DNA of 64,000 nt from Candidatus Dormiibacterota bacterium (GTDB lineage: Bacteria > Chloroflexota > Dormibacteria > Aeolococcales > Aeolococcaceae), in assembly GCA_035938875.1 (NCBI GenBank), contig DASZGL010000041.1:3341-67340 (forward strand). The letters run 5' to 3'. The position numbers and the translations under genes were made by a program. Each line of letters starts with the position of its first letter. The first letter of the stretch is position 1. This document shows, piece by piece, positions 54,456 through 62,661 of the stretch. The notes beneath the pieces were generated by a model. The model did not search any database. It saw only the letters and a program-made list of their open reading frames with translations, and was not told where the DNA came from.

Positions 54456-55226
54456 TTAGACCTCGCCGTCGCGGCGACGCCTGCGGGTGAAGCTGATCGC
54501 CAGCATGCCGCCGCCGATGCTGACCAGCGAGAGGCCGGCCAGGAACGATCCGTCGAGGCCGGCGATGCCGGTGCCGGTGTTCGGCGCGCCGATCGACGTG
54601 CTGATGCCGGAGACGGACCCCGACGGGCTGTTGGTGGTGCTCGTTGGGTTGTTGCCGCCGGTCGGCGTCGAGCTGCTCACCGGGGTGCTGACCTGCGTGG
54701 TGGCAGTCGTCGTCGAGCAGTCGTGCTCGGCGCCTTCCTCGTCACCGTTGGCGGGTTTGGCCGATCCCTGCTCATCGTCTGCAGCGCAGGTGCTGGTGGT
54801 CGTCGAGCAGTCGTTCTCGGCGCCTTCCTCGTCACCGTTGGCCGGCTTGGCCGACCCTTGCTCGTCGTCAGCGCCGCAGGTGTTCGTCTCGGTCTTCGTC
54901 TCGGTCTTCTTGGTGGACGTCTCGCTCTCGGTCTTGGTCGAGCAGTCGTCCTTGTCGCCTTCCTCATCGCCGGTGGCCGGCTTGGCCGACCCCTGCTCGT
55001 CGTCACCAGTGCACGTGCTGGTGTCGGTCTTGGTCGTGGTGCACACGGGGACGGTCTGCAGGGCGGCGACGTTGCCGCACGTCGAGGGACCGTTCTGCAC
55101 GGTGGAGGCGCCCGAGTTGGCCGAAGCCGGGGCGCCTCCGGCGCTCAGCGCCAGGAACCCTGATCCAGTCAACAGCGCGAATGCGCTGACCCCTCGGATC
55201 ACAATAGTCCGAATCTTGGTCGGCAC
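54456..55226 (-). CDS. secreted acidic Cys-bracketed repeat protein with sortase-signal-like C-terminus
   Basis: GTG after an AGGGAGG SD. Signal peptide, then three modules C-x-(A/G)DDEQGSAKPA(N/T)GDEEG-xxx-DC separated by Thr/Ser-rich linkers. C-terminus is APNTG + hydrophobic segment + RRRRRDGEV. Confidence 0.7.
   Translation of the reverse strand: MPTKIRTIVIRGVSAFALLTGSGFLALSAGGAPASANSGASTVQNGPSTCGNVAALQTVPVCTTTKTDTSTCTGDDEQGSAKPATGDEEGDKDDCSTKTESETSTKKTETKTETNTCGADDEQGSAKPANGDEEGAENDCSTTTSTCAADDEQGSAKPANGDEEGAEHDCSTTTATTQVSTPVSSSTPTGGNNPTSTTNSPSGSVSGISTSIGAPNTGTGIAGLDGSFLAGLSLVSIGGGMLAISFTRRRRRDGEV
54709..55023 (-). repeat. intragenic ~90-bp coding repeats (3 copies)
   Basis: GTCGTCGAGCAGTCGT(G/T)CTCGGCGCCTTCCTCGTCACCGTTGGC... 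recurs at exactly 90 nt offset (54709 and 54799). A third, more diverged copy starts near 54934. Confidence 0.75.
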
Positions 55227-55316
55227 GACGGCCCTCCCTTGTGGCCCCCACTCGGATCTCTAGTCCGGAGGGCCCAGCACTCCTGCGCGTCGCAAGCATG
55301 ACACAAAACTGGGCGA

Positions 55317-55348
55317 GTTGACAAACGAGTTCACAAACGTTCACAGAC
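55317..55348 (+). promoter_or_regulatory. three direct repeats GTT(G/C)ACA(A/G)AC in a divergent promoter region
   Basis: GTTGACAAAC (55317), GTTCACAAAC (55329), GTTCACAGAC (55339). The ~11-nt phasing resembles OmpR/PhoB-family direct-repeat boxes. Lies in an AT-richer patch. Confidence 0.3.
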
Positions 55349-55474
55349 CAGTAACAGGATCGAACGGTGGCCAACCGCCCGCCGGCCCTGGCCTGACGGC
55401 GGTGTTGTGAGGTTTGCACTGCCGCGCGAGCGACTACCATCTGCGGCCGTGACCCCCTCGGCGGGCGAGCAGCC

Positions 55475-56980
55475 GTGAGCGACAGCCGAGGTGGCGAGGC
55501 AGCGGGCGACTCCGCGATCAACGACGGGGAGCCGGACCAAGGCCAGCTCGCCCAGCGGTCGACGTCCCATCGCCTGCCGCGGCTGTGGGTGCGGCTACGG
55601 TGTGATCCGAGGGTTCCACTGGCCGTGCTCGGGCTGGTCTCCGTGGCCTCGCTGATCGCCCGCGTCCTCTACCTCAACGAACCCACCGGCAACCCGCCCG
55701 GCCTCATCTTCGATGAGAAGTACTACGTCAACGCGGCCCGGCGCCTGCTCGGCTTCCCCGTGCCCTGCGCCAACGGAGTGTGCGACCCGTACTCGGACAT
55801 CGCCGCGGGGACCGACGGCAACGCGGAGCACCCCCCGCTGGGCAAGCTCCTCATCGCCGCGGGGATGAAGGTCTTCGGCAACACCCAGCTCGGCTGGCGC
55901 ATCGCGCCGCTCATCTTCGGCTCCATCGCGATACTGGCCGTGTACTGGCTGGTGCGCAGCGCCGGGGGCAGCGGCTGGTTGTCGGTGGGGGCGGCGTCGC
56001 TGATGGCCGTCGACAACCTGTCCTTCGTGCACGGCCGGATCGCCACCCTCGACGTCTTCGTCGTCGTCTTCATGATGGTGGCGGTGGCCCTCTATCTGCG
56101 CGGCCACCCCATCTACGCCGGCGCGGTCCTGGGTCTCGGCTGCTGCGTCAAGCTGGTGGCGCCCTTCGCCTTCATCGTGCTGGTTCTCGTCGAAATGGTC
56201 CGAATCCTCAGCCGGCGCGAGTGGCGCGTCGCCCGCATGGGGCAGATACTCGAGCACCGCCTGGTGCCGCTGCTCTACTGCGCAGCGGTGGGGCTGGTGG
56301 TGTACCTGGCGGTGCTCACCGGGCTCGACGTTTGGGTCAGGCCCTTCCACAACCCAGCGGACTCGTGCCCTGGTTCCGGCAACACCTACTCCAACGCCCT
56401 GGTCCACACCAGGTTCATGCTCTGCTACGCGGACAAGCTGACCAACCCCAACGGCGCGGTGGGCATCGCCTCCTACCCGTGGCAGTGGTTGGTGGGTCCC
56501 TGGGAGTGGCTGGTCGGGGGCAATTACTCCGTCGACAACTCGTTCGACACCTGGAAGTGGATCAACTACTACAGCGTTGAGGCCAACGGCAACGACAAGG
56601 TGCACTTCATCGGGGTGATCAGCCCGGCGATCATCTTCCTCGCCGTTCCGGCGTTCATCCTCGCGGTGCGCAGTGCGGTGGTGCGCCACGACGATGTCTC
56701 GGTTCTCGCGGTCTGCTGGTGCCTGGCCACCTTCATGCCCTTCGTCCTGGCCAGCTGGCTGCAGCACCGCATCAGCTACCTCTACTACATGGTGGTGGTG
56801 CTGCCCGGGATCTACGTCGCCGTGGCCCTGTTGGTGGCCTCGACCGTGCGCTGGCTGCGGCGGCGGCGCAGCCGGGTGCTCCGCCGTTTTGCGCCGGCCA
56901 CGGTCGTGGTGCTCTGGGTGCTCGGCCTCGCCGCAGGTTTCTACTTCCTCTATCCGGTGAGGACCTGGACCGGTGGCTGA
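55475..56980 (+). CDS. dolichyl/polyprenyl-phosphate-mannose protein mannosyltransferase (PMT/GT39-like, GT-C)
   Basis: DEKYYVNAA ... NAEHPPLGKLLIAAGMKVFG ... polytopic body. Start uncertain (GTG 55475). Confidence 0.8.
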   Translation: MSDSRGGEAAGDSAINDGEPDQGQLAQRSTSHRLPRLWVRLRCDPRVPLAVLGLVSVASLIARVLYLNEPTGNPPGLIFDEKYYVNAARRLLGFPVPCANGVCDPYSDIAAGTDGNAEHPPLGKLLIAAGMKVFGNTQLGWRIAPLIFGSIAILAVYWLVRSAGGSGWLSVGAASLMAVDNLSFVHGRIATLDVFVVVFMMVAVALYLRGHPIYAGAVLGLGCCVKLVAPFAFIVLVLVEMVRILSRREWRVARMGQILEHRLVPLLYCAAVGLVVYLAVLTGLDVWVRPFHNPADSCPGSGNTYSNALVHTRFMLCYADKLTNPNGAVGIASYPWQWLVGPWEWLVGGNYSVDNSFDTWKWINYYSVEANGNDKVHFIGVISPAIIFLAVPAFILAVRSAVVRHDDVSVLAVCWCLATFMPFVLASWLQHRISYLYYMVVVLPGIYVAVALLVASTVRWLRRRRSRVLRRFAPATVVVLWVLGLAAGFYFLYPVRTWTGG

Positions 56981-57503
56981 TTCCAATGGCCAGGAATTGG
57001 GCGGTGCCGGCGATGGGTACCATCGTCTGGCGATGGACCAGCAGCAAGCGGGCGTCGACCTCAGCGGCCTGCACCGCGAGCTCGACCGACTCAAGCGCCA
57101 GCTCTGCACGTGCAACTTCAGCGGCGAGTGCCTCGCCTGTCGCGGCTTCGAGGTGCTCCGCCAGCAGTCGCAGATGGTCGTCGCCGCGGCGTCGCAGCCG
57201 GTGCTGATGCAGGTTGCCCAGGAGGCGTCGATCAAGGACCTCATGACCCAGCTCGGCGGCGCCGGTGAGAAGCTCGCCGAGGACAGTCGGGTCCAGGACC
57301 TGCTCGCTCAGCTGATGGAGCGCGTCCAGGAGGACCTCGGCGGACCCGAGGCGCTGGCCAGGATGCTGGGCAGCTTCGGCGGTTTCCCCGGATTCGGCGG
57401 TGGTCAGACGCCGCCCGACGATCGCCGTCGCGAGGACCCGCCGCCCGAGGAGCGACCGAGACACCCCGAGGACATGCCCCCCGAGGACACCTCCCGGCGC
57501 TGA
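56973..57503 (+). CDS. hypothetical protein (Cys motif, acidic/Pro-rich tail)
   Basis: GTG overlaps the PMT stop. Contains CTCNFSGECLACRG, then a helical region and a PPDDRRREDPPPEERPRHPEDMPPED tail. No family recognised. Confidence 0.45.
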   Translation: MADSNGQELGGAGDGYHRLAMDQQQAGVDLSGLHRELDRLKRQLCTCNFSGECLACRGFEVLRQQSQMVVAAASQPVLMQVAQEASIKDLMTQLGGAGEKLAEDSRVQDLLAQLMERVQEDLGGPEALARMLGSFGGFPGFGGGQTPPDDRRREDPPPEERPRHPEDMPPEDTSRR

Positions 57504-57519
57504 GCTGTGCGCCGAGCCG

Positions 57520-59313
57520 TCAGGAGCCGCTGAGGTCGACCCCCCGCTGGTCGACGTGGCGCCAGATCTCGACGCCTGCGGTGCTCTCCGGGGCACGGCC
57601 GAGGAGCGCGGTGAAGAAGTCGACCATGGAGTCGCGATTGGACATCGGCCCGACGACCACGGTCTCGACGCGGCGCTCGCGGAGCGCCTGGTCGGCGAGG
57701 AGCAGCGCCTTGCCGGCGAACCGGACCCGCGTCCCCTTCTCCTGGATCTGCTCCATGGCGTCGGAGACGATGGTGGGGATCGCGCCGTACTGCGGCATGC
57801 CATCCCGTCCGGGGATGAAGAAGAAGCCTTGAGGCATGCGGAAGCGGATATCGGCGACCGCCGACCAGAGCATGGGATCCGCCTCGCCCCCGTCGCGGAT
57901 GAACGGCGCCACCAGGACGACGCTGCCGTCGGGCACGCCGCTGCGGTCCCACTCGGCGAAGAACTGAGGGATCGTGGTGTCGGTTCTCGGGAAAGAGGTG
58001 GTGGGCAACAGGGGTACGAGAACGACCGCGACCGCCAGCAGCCCCGGCAGAGAAGCCCGCAGCGACATGGTGTCGACGAAGATGTCGGCGAAGACGGCGA
58101 CGATGACCGCGACGGCGAGAACTGCCGGGAGCATCAGACGGTTGGGCAGGGCGTGGTCCATGAAGGGGATGCGGCTCACCGCCAGCCAGGGCAGGGGAAT
58201 CCCCATTACCCTGCCGCCGACGTGGACATGCGGTCCCATCGAAAGGACGGCCAGCGCCGCCGCGGTGATCGTCGCCGCGCGAACCACCGGTCTCGACCAC
58301 AGCCGGACCGCGGCGAATCCGAGGAGGAGCAGCAGGGGGATCCCCAGGTAGCCATTGAACTCGGGGCCGAGTCCCGTGAAGGTCTGGGTGACGGCGACGG
58401 CCCGCGAGGGCGCGATCAGCTGCACCTCGGTGGGGACCACGAAGTTGAGCGCATCGGTGACAAAAACATCGGTGGGGAAGAGCGTGCCCAGGACCCGCTG
58501 CCTGCCGAAGAGCTGCTGAGATAACGGCCACAGGCAGAGCAGCAGGAACGTGGGGACCCCCACGGCCAGCGTGGTGATCGCTGCTTCGGCGCGCTCGGCG
58601 AGGTGCTTGCGTCCGATCCACGCCAGCACGGCGACGAGGATTGCCGCGGCGATCACCTCGTCGACCAGCATCTCCTCGCCGCTGAGCAGCTGACAGGCGG
58701 CGAGAACGCCGAGCGCCACCCCGAGCACCATCGGAGAGCGTCGCCGGCGCACCAGGGTCTCGTCGATCACCATGAGCAGCAGCGGCGGCAGCGGCGCGAA
58801 GACCAGGTTGGCGTGGTCGAGTGACTGGGTGAGCATGTACGGCGAGAAGCCGTAGACGAGGCCGCCGAGGATGGCCGCCCAGTGCCGGCCGACGTAGCGG
58901 CGAATGGCCAGGTATGCGCACCACGCAGACAGCGCGACTCCCAGTGTGATGAAGACGTTGTAGGCGACCACCGGGCCCACAGTCAGCGTCACCGGCGCGA
59001 GCAGCAGTGACGGCAGGAAGATCATCGTCTGCCACAGCAGGTTGACGCCGTCGGGATAGTTGAGATGGTCGCTGAACCACGGATTGATGCCGTGGGCGAT
59101 GGCGTACGGGGTCCAGCGGAGGAACCACGTCGTCTGCTCGGCGTCGCAACAGACGCCGACCCATGAGGTGCGTGGCGAGCTCCAGGTGCTGTGAAACAGC
59201 GCGACAGCAAGCACCAGGTAGACGAGGAGGACGCGCGGCGCCGGGCGTCGCGCCACTCCTGCCAGCACCGGCAGGACACCGCGCAGAGCGGGGAGGCGCA
59301 GCCGGCGGCCCAC
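57520..59313 (-). CDS. large polytopic membrane protein, possible GT-C-type glycosyltransferase
   Basis: 597 aa with roughly 12 hydrophobic segments by eye, followed by a C-terminal soluble domain of about 130 aa. Family not recognised with confidence. Confidence 0.55.
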   Translation of the reverse strand: MGRRLRLPALRGVLPVLAGVARRPAPRVLLVYLVLAVALFHSTWSSPRTSWVGVCCDAEQTTWFLRWTPYAIAHGINPWFSDHLNYPDGVNLLWQTMIFLPSLLLAPVTLTVGPVVAYNVFITLGVALSAWCAYLAIRRYVGRHWAAILGGLVYGFSPYMLTQSLDHANLVFAPLPPLLLMVIDETLVRRRRSPMVLGVALGVLAACQLLSGEEMLVDEVIAAAILVAVLAWIGRKHLAERAEAAITTLAVGVPTFLLLCLWPLSQQLFGRQRVLGTLFPTDVFVTDALNFVVPTEVQLIAPSRAVAVTQTFTGLGPEFNGYLGIPLLLLLGFAAVRLWSRPVVRAATITAAALAVLSMGPHVHVGGRVMGIPLPWLAVSRIPFMDHALPNRLMLPAVLAVAVIVAVFADIFVDTMSLRASLPGLLAVAVVLVPLLPTTSFPRTDTTIPQFFAEWDRSGVPDGSVVLVAPFIRDGGEADPMLWSAVADIRFRMPQGFFFIPGRDGMPQYGAIPTIVSDAMEQIQEKGTRVRFAGKALLLADQALRERRVETVVVGPMSNRDSMVDFFTALLGRAPESTAGVEIWRHVDQRGVDLSGS

Positions 59314-59455
59314 GGCGAGAGCTTACGCTGCCGGCTGCGCCGCTGCGCACGGCTGCGGGGGCGGCCCGCGGATCGCTCCGCGTAGAATGCCAGCACCGCC
59401 GTCGCCTCCCAAGCGCGGGGCTGGAGACGGCGGCGCACGAGGAGGTCCCGGATCG

Positions 59456-60400
59456 ATGCCCCAGCGCCTGCGCCGATCGGTTTTGTCCGTCCCTGGCAGT
59501 AACCCGCGGATGATGGAGAAGGCAGCGGGCAGCGCGGCGGACGAGGTCTTCCTCGATCTCGAGGATGCCTGCGCTCCGCTGGAGAAGCCGGGAGCACGCG
59601 CCAAGGTGGTCGAGGCTCTGACCACTCACGAATGGGGCGACAAGGTCAAGGTGGTGCGCATCAACCAGGTGACCAGCCGCTACGCGTACCAAGACCTCCT
59701 CGACGTCGTCGGTGGAGCGGGGCGCGTCCTCGACTGCATCATGGTCCCCAAGGTGCAGAACACCGGCGACGTCGCCTTCGTCGACCGGGCGCTCACCCAG
59801 CTCGAGCAGGAGCTCGGCCTCGAGCCGCAGAGCATCGGTATCGAAGCCCAGATCGAGGATGCACTGGGACTGACCAACTGCGAGCAGATCGCCACCGCCA
59901 GTCCTCGCGTCGAGACACTGATCTTCGGCCCCGCTGATTTCAGCGCCAGCCTGCAGTTGCCGTCGCTCACCGTCGCCGGCGGATCCGCCGACTACCCCGG
60001 CGACATCTTCCACTACGTCCTCTTTCGTCTCGCCGTCGCCGCCCGCGCCGCCGGCATCCAGGTGATCGACGGGCCCTACCTGGCGATCCGCGATATCGAC
60101 GGTTACAGCGTGGTGGCCAGGCGCGCCGCCGCCCTCGGCTATGACGGCAAGTGGGTGCTGCACCCCGGACAGATCGATCCCTGCAACCAGGCGTTCACCC
60201 CGTCGCAGGAGCAGTTCGACAAGGCGGTGCAGATCCTCGAGGCCTACCAGCAGGCCACCGAGGTCGACCGCCGAGGCGCGGTGATGCTCGGCGACGAGAT
60301 GATCGACGAGGCATCGCGAAAGATGGCGCAGCAGTTCTACATGCGCGGCGTCGCAGCCGGGCTGCGCCCCCGCCATGCCGTCAGCGCAGTCGCCGGCTGA
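59456..60400 (+). CDS. HpcH/HpaI aldolase / CitE-like (malyl-CoA lyase-like) enzyme
   Basis: RRSVLSVPGSNPRMMEKA...DEVFLDLEDA (CitE/Mcl-type N-terminus) and IEAQIEDA. ATG follows a GAGGAGG SD. Confidence 0.8.
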   Translation: MPQRLRRSVLSVPGSNPRMMEKAAGSAADEVFLDLEDACAPLEKPGARAKVVEALTTHEWGDKVKVVRINQVTSRYAYQDLLDVVGGAGRVLDCIMVPKVQNTGDVAFVDRALTQLEQELGLEPQSIGIEAQIEDALGLTNCEQIATASPRVETLIFGPADFSASLQLPSLTVAGGSADYPGDIFHYVLFRLAVAARAAGIQVIDGPYLAIRDIDGYSVVARRAAALGYDGKWVLHPGQIDPCNQAFTPSQEQFDKAVQILEAYQQATEVDRRGAVMLGDEMIDEASRKMAQQFYMRGVAAGLRPRHAVSAVAG

Positions 60401-60408
60401 GCAAGGGG

Positions 60409-61581
60409 ATGGCCACGGCCACGGACAGCCTCACCAGCGAGCAGCGCGACATCGTCAACCTGGTGCGCGACTTCGTCGAGCGCGAGATCCTGCCGGTCGC
60501 CCACGACCTGGAGCACGACGACATCTATCCCGACGACATCGTCAGGAAGATGAAGGAGCTGGGCTTCTTCGGCTTCGCAATTCCCGAGGAGTACGGCGGC
60601 GCCGGTCTCAACATGGAGACCTATGCGCTGGTCTGCGAGGAGCTCGCGCGCGGCTGGATGTCGATCACCGGGGTCATCAACACCCACTTCATCGTCGCCT
60701 ACCTCGTCGAGCACTTCGGCACCGACGAGCAGCGCAAGCGCTTCCTGCCGCGACTGGCGACGGGTGAGTACCACGGTGGCTTCTCCATGAGCGAGCCCAA
60801 CTGCGGCTCCGATGTCCAGGCGATTCGCACCCGCGCGGTGCGCGACAACGGCGAATATGTCATCAATGGCACAAAGATGTGGGCCACCAACGGCGAGCAC
60901 TCCACCGTCGTGGCCACACTGGTCAAGACCGACCCCGAGGCGCGGCCGCCGTACAAGGGGATGTCGTGCATCCTCGCCGAGAAGCAGTACTCGGGGTTCG
61001 TCTCGAGCAAGCGCATCGAAAAGCTCGGCTACAAGGGCGTGGAGACGACCGAGCTGGTCTTCGACGACAACCGCCAGCCGGCGGCCAACCTTCTCGGCGG
61101 CGTCGAGGGTCGTGGCTTCCAGCAGATGATGGCCGCCATCGAGGTGGGGCGCATCAACGTCGCCGCGCGCGGCGTCGGTGTCGCCCAGCGCGCCTTCGAA
61201 CTGGCCATTGCATATGCCCAGGAGCGGCATGCGTTCGGCAAGCCCATCGCCCAGCACCAGGCGATCCAGTTCAAGCTCGCCGACATGGCGACCAAGATCG
61301 AGGCGGCACGGCTGCTCACCAACATGGCGGCGCGGCGCAAGGATGCCGGTGAGCGCACCGACGTCGAGTCGGGGATGGCCAAGCTCTTCGCCACCGAGGC
61401 GTGCATGGAGGTGGTCAACGAGTGCATGCGCATCCACGGCGGTTACGGCTTCTCCAAGGAGTATCCCGTGGAGCAGCTCTACCGTGACGCGCCGCTGCTG
61501 GTCATCGGTGAGGGCACCAACGAGATCCAACGGCTGATCATCGCCAAGGGTCTGTTGGAGCGCCATCGACTCCGCTCCTGA
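60409..61581 (+). CDS. acyl-CoA dehydrogenase
   Basis: ACAD motifs (GFSMSEPNCGSD, GTKMWATNG, and the C-terminal catalytic-Glu region IGEGTNEIQRLIIA). Confidence 0.9.
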   Translation: MATATDSLTSEQRDIVNLVRDFVEREILPVAHDLEHDDIYPDDIVRKMKELGFFGFAIPEEYGGAGLNMETYALVCEELARGWMSITGVINTHFIVAYLVEHFGTDEQRKRFLPRLATGEYHGGFSMSEPNCGSDVQAIRTRAVRDNGEYVINGTKMWATNGEHSTVVATLVKTDPEARPPYKGMSCILAEKQYSGFVSSKRIEKLGYKGVETTELVFDDNRQPAANLLGGVEGRGFQQMMAAIEVGRINVAARGVGVAQRAFELAIAYAQERHAFGKPIAQHQAIQFKLADMATKIEAARLLTNMAARRKDAGERTDVESGMAKLFATEACMEVVNECMRIHGGYGFSKEYPVEQLYRDAPLLVIGEGTNEIQRLIIAKGLLERHRLRS

Positions 61582-61638
61582 AGCCGCGCGTAGCCCCCGC
61601 GCCGAAGGGCGCGGCGGCCGTCGAGGACGGCGGGAGGG

Positions 61639-61766
61639 GGGTAAGGCCGATCCGGGCTCAGCCCGGTCGGCAACGCATAGGGGGGAGCATCCCCCCTCCA
61701 AGGACGGGTAAGGCCGATCCGGGCTCAGCCCGGTCGGCAATGAACAGGGGGGAGCATCCCCCCTGT
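61639..61766. repeat. tandem 67-bp repeat (2 copies), each a double-hairpin module
   Basis: GGGTAAGGCCGATCCGGGCTCAGCCCGGTCGGCAA...AGGGGGGAGCATCCCCCCT occurs at 61639 and 61706. Hairpin A is GCCGA-t-CCGGGC/GCCCGG-TCGGC. Hairpin B is AGGGGGG-agcat-CCCCCCT. Lies between convergent genes. Confidence 0.85.
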
Positions 61767-62224
61767 CAAAAAACCGGCGGCGGCAGGTAGCGTCCCTCGA
61801 CGACGGCGCCACGGCGCACCGTGAACACCCACGTCGACGCCTTCTCCCAACGCAGGCCGCCGTGGAGCTCGACGCCGTGCTCGGCGAGCTCGAGCACCAC
61901 CGCCCCGATGACGTCGGCGTGGCTGCAGAGAACCGCGTCCTCGTGCGAGCGGATCAACGTGAGCGTGCCCGCGGCACCGGCGCCCTCGGCGAGCGCGTCG
62001 CTGTCGTGCACCTCGAGGCCGTGCCCATGGGCAAGCGGTTGCACGGTCTCGCGGCAGCGTACTGAGGGACTGCTCAGCACCTCGGCGACGGGCATCGCGG
62101 AGAGGACCTTCACCAGCCCCTCGGCCTGTCGACGTCCCGCCTTGGTCAGTGGCCGCAGCTCGTCGGGATCGGTCCACTGCTCGCGGTCACCCGCCTTGGC
62201 GTGGCGAACCAGCATGACGCTCAC
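61766..62224 (-). CDS. histidine phosphatase family protein (SixA-like)
   Basis: LVRHAKAG (RHA/G catalytic motif), SPSVRCRET, and a later His (CSHADV). GTG overlaps the Nudix stop (GTGA). Confidence 0.75.
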   Translation of the reverse strand: MSVMLVRHAKAGDREQWTDPDELRPLTKAGRRQAEGLVKVLSAMPVAEVLSSPSVRCRETVQPLAHGHGLEVHDSDALAEGAGAAGTLTLIRSHEDAVLCSHADVIGAVVLELAEHGVELHGGLRWEKASTWVFTVRRGAVVEGRYLPPPVF

Positions 62225-62661
62225 AGTGCCGCGGTGATCTCCTCGGAGGGCGCATCACGGCTCAGCGAGCGCAGAAGAGTGCGGTCGCGGTCGTAGCTGA
62301 GCAGCGACAGCGCTTCGTCGAGCGGCAGCCAGCGGCACTCGTCGATCTCGTCGTGTGGGGTGAACTGTCCTGAGATGGCGCGCATCATCCAGTAGTAGAC
62401 GATCTTGGGTCGCCCCTTGCGGTCGACGTAACTGGTGGTCCCGAGGGGTCGGCCCAAGCGGCAGCGCATCCCCGTCTCCTCCTCGACCTCGCGCAGCGCC
62501 GCCTCCTCCTCGGTCTCGTCACCGTCGAGCTTGCCCTTGGGCAGCCCCCAGTCGTCGTACTCGGGGCGATGGACCACCGCGTACTTGCGCCCTGAGCTGC
62601 GCGACGGACGCCACACAACCCCACCTGCGGCGCGCACCACCGGCTGGGGAAACGGTCTCAC
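62221..62661 (-). CDS. NUDIX hydrolase
   Basis: Nudix box GKLDGDETEEEAALREVEEETG. GTG 62661 overlaps the CHAD gene stop (GTGA). GTG 62667 is also possible. Confidence 0.8.
   Translation of the reverse strand: MRPFPQPVVRAAGGVVWRPSRSSGRKYAVVHRPEYDDWGLPKGKLDGDETEEEAALREVEEETGMRCRLGRPLGTTSYVDRKGRPKIVYYWMMRAISGQFTPHDEIDECRWLPLDEALSLLSYDRDRTLLRSLSRDAPSEEITAAL

Noticed and set aside
57404-60376. Very long antisense or out-of-frame ORFs. Examples: 990 aa at 57404-60376 (-), 614 aa at 3036-4880 (-), 581 aa at 40673-42418 (-), 562 aa at 51299-52987 (+), 549 aa at 55595-57244 (-), 394 aa at 808-1992 (-).
   Set aside because: They overlap genes with clear family motifs on the other strand or frame. Their translations are Arg/Pro/Gly/Ala-rich low-complexity strings with no motifs. 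This is the shadow-ORF behaviour expected in very GC-rich DNA, where stop codons are rare.
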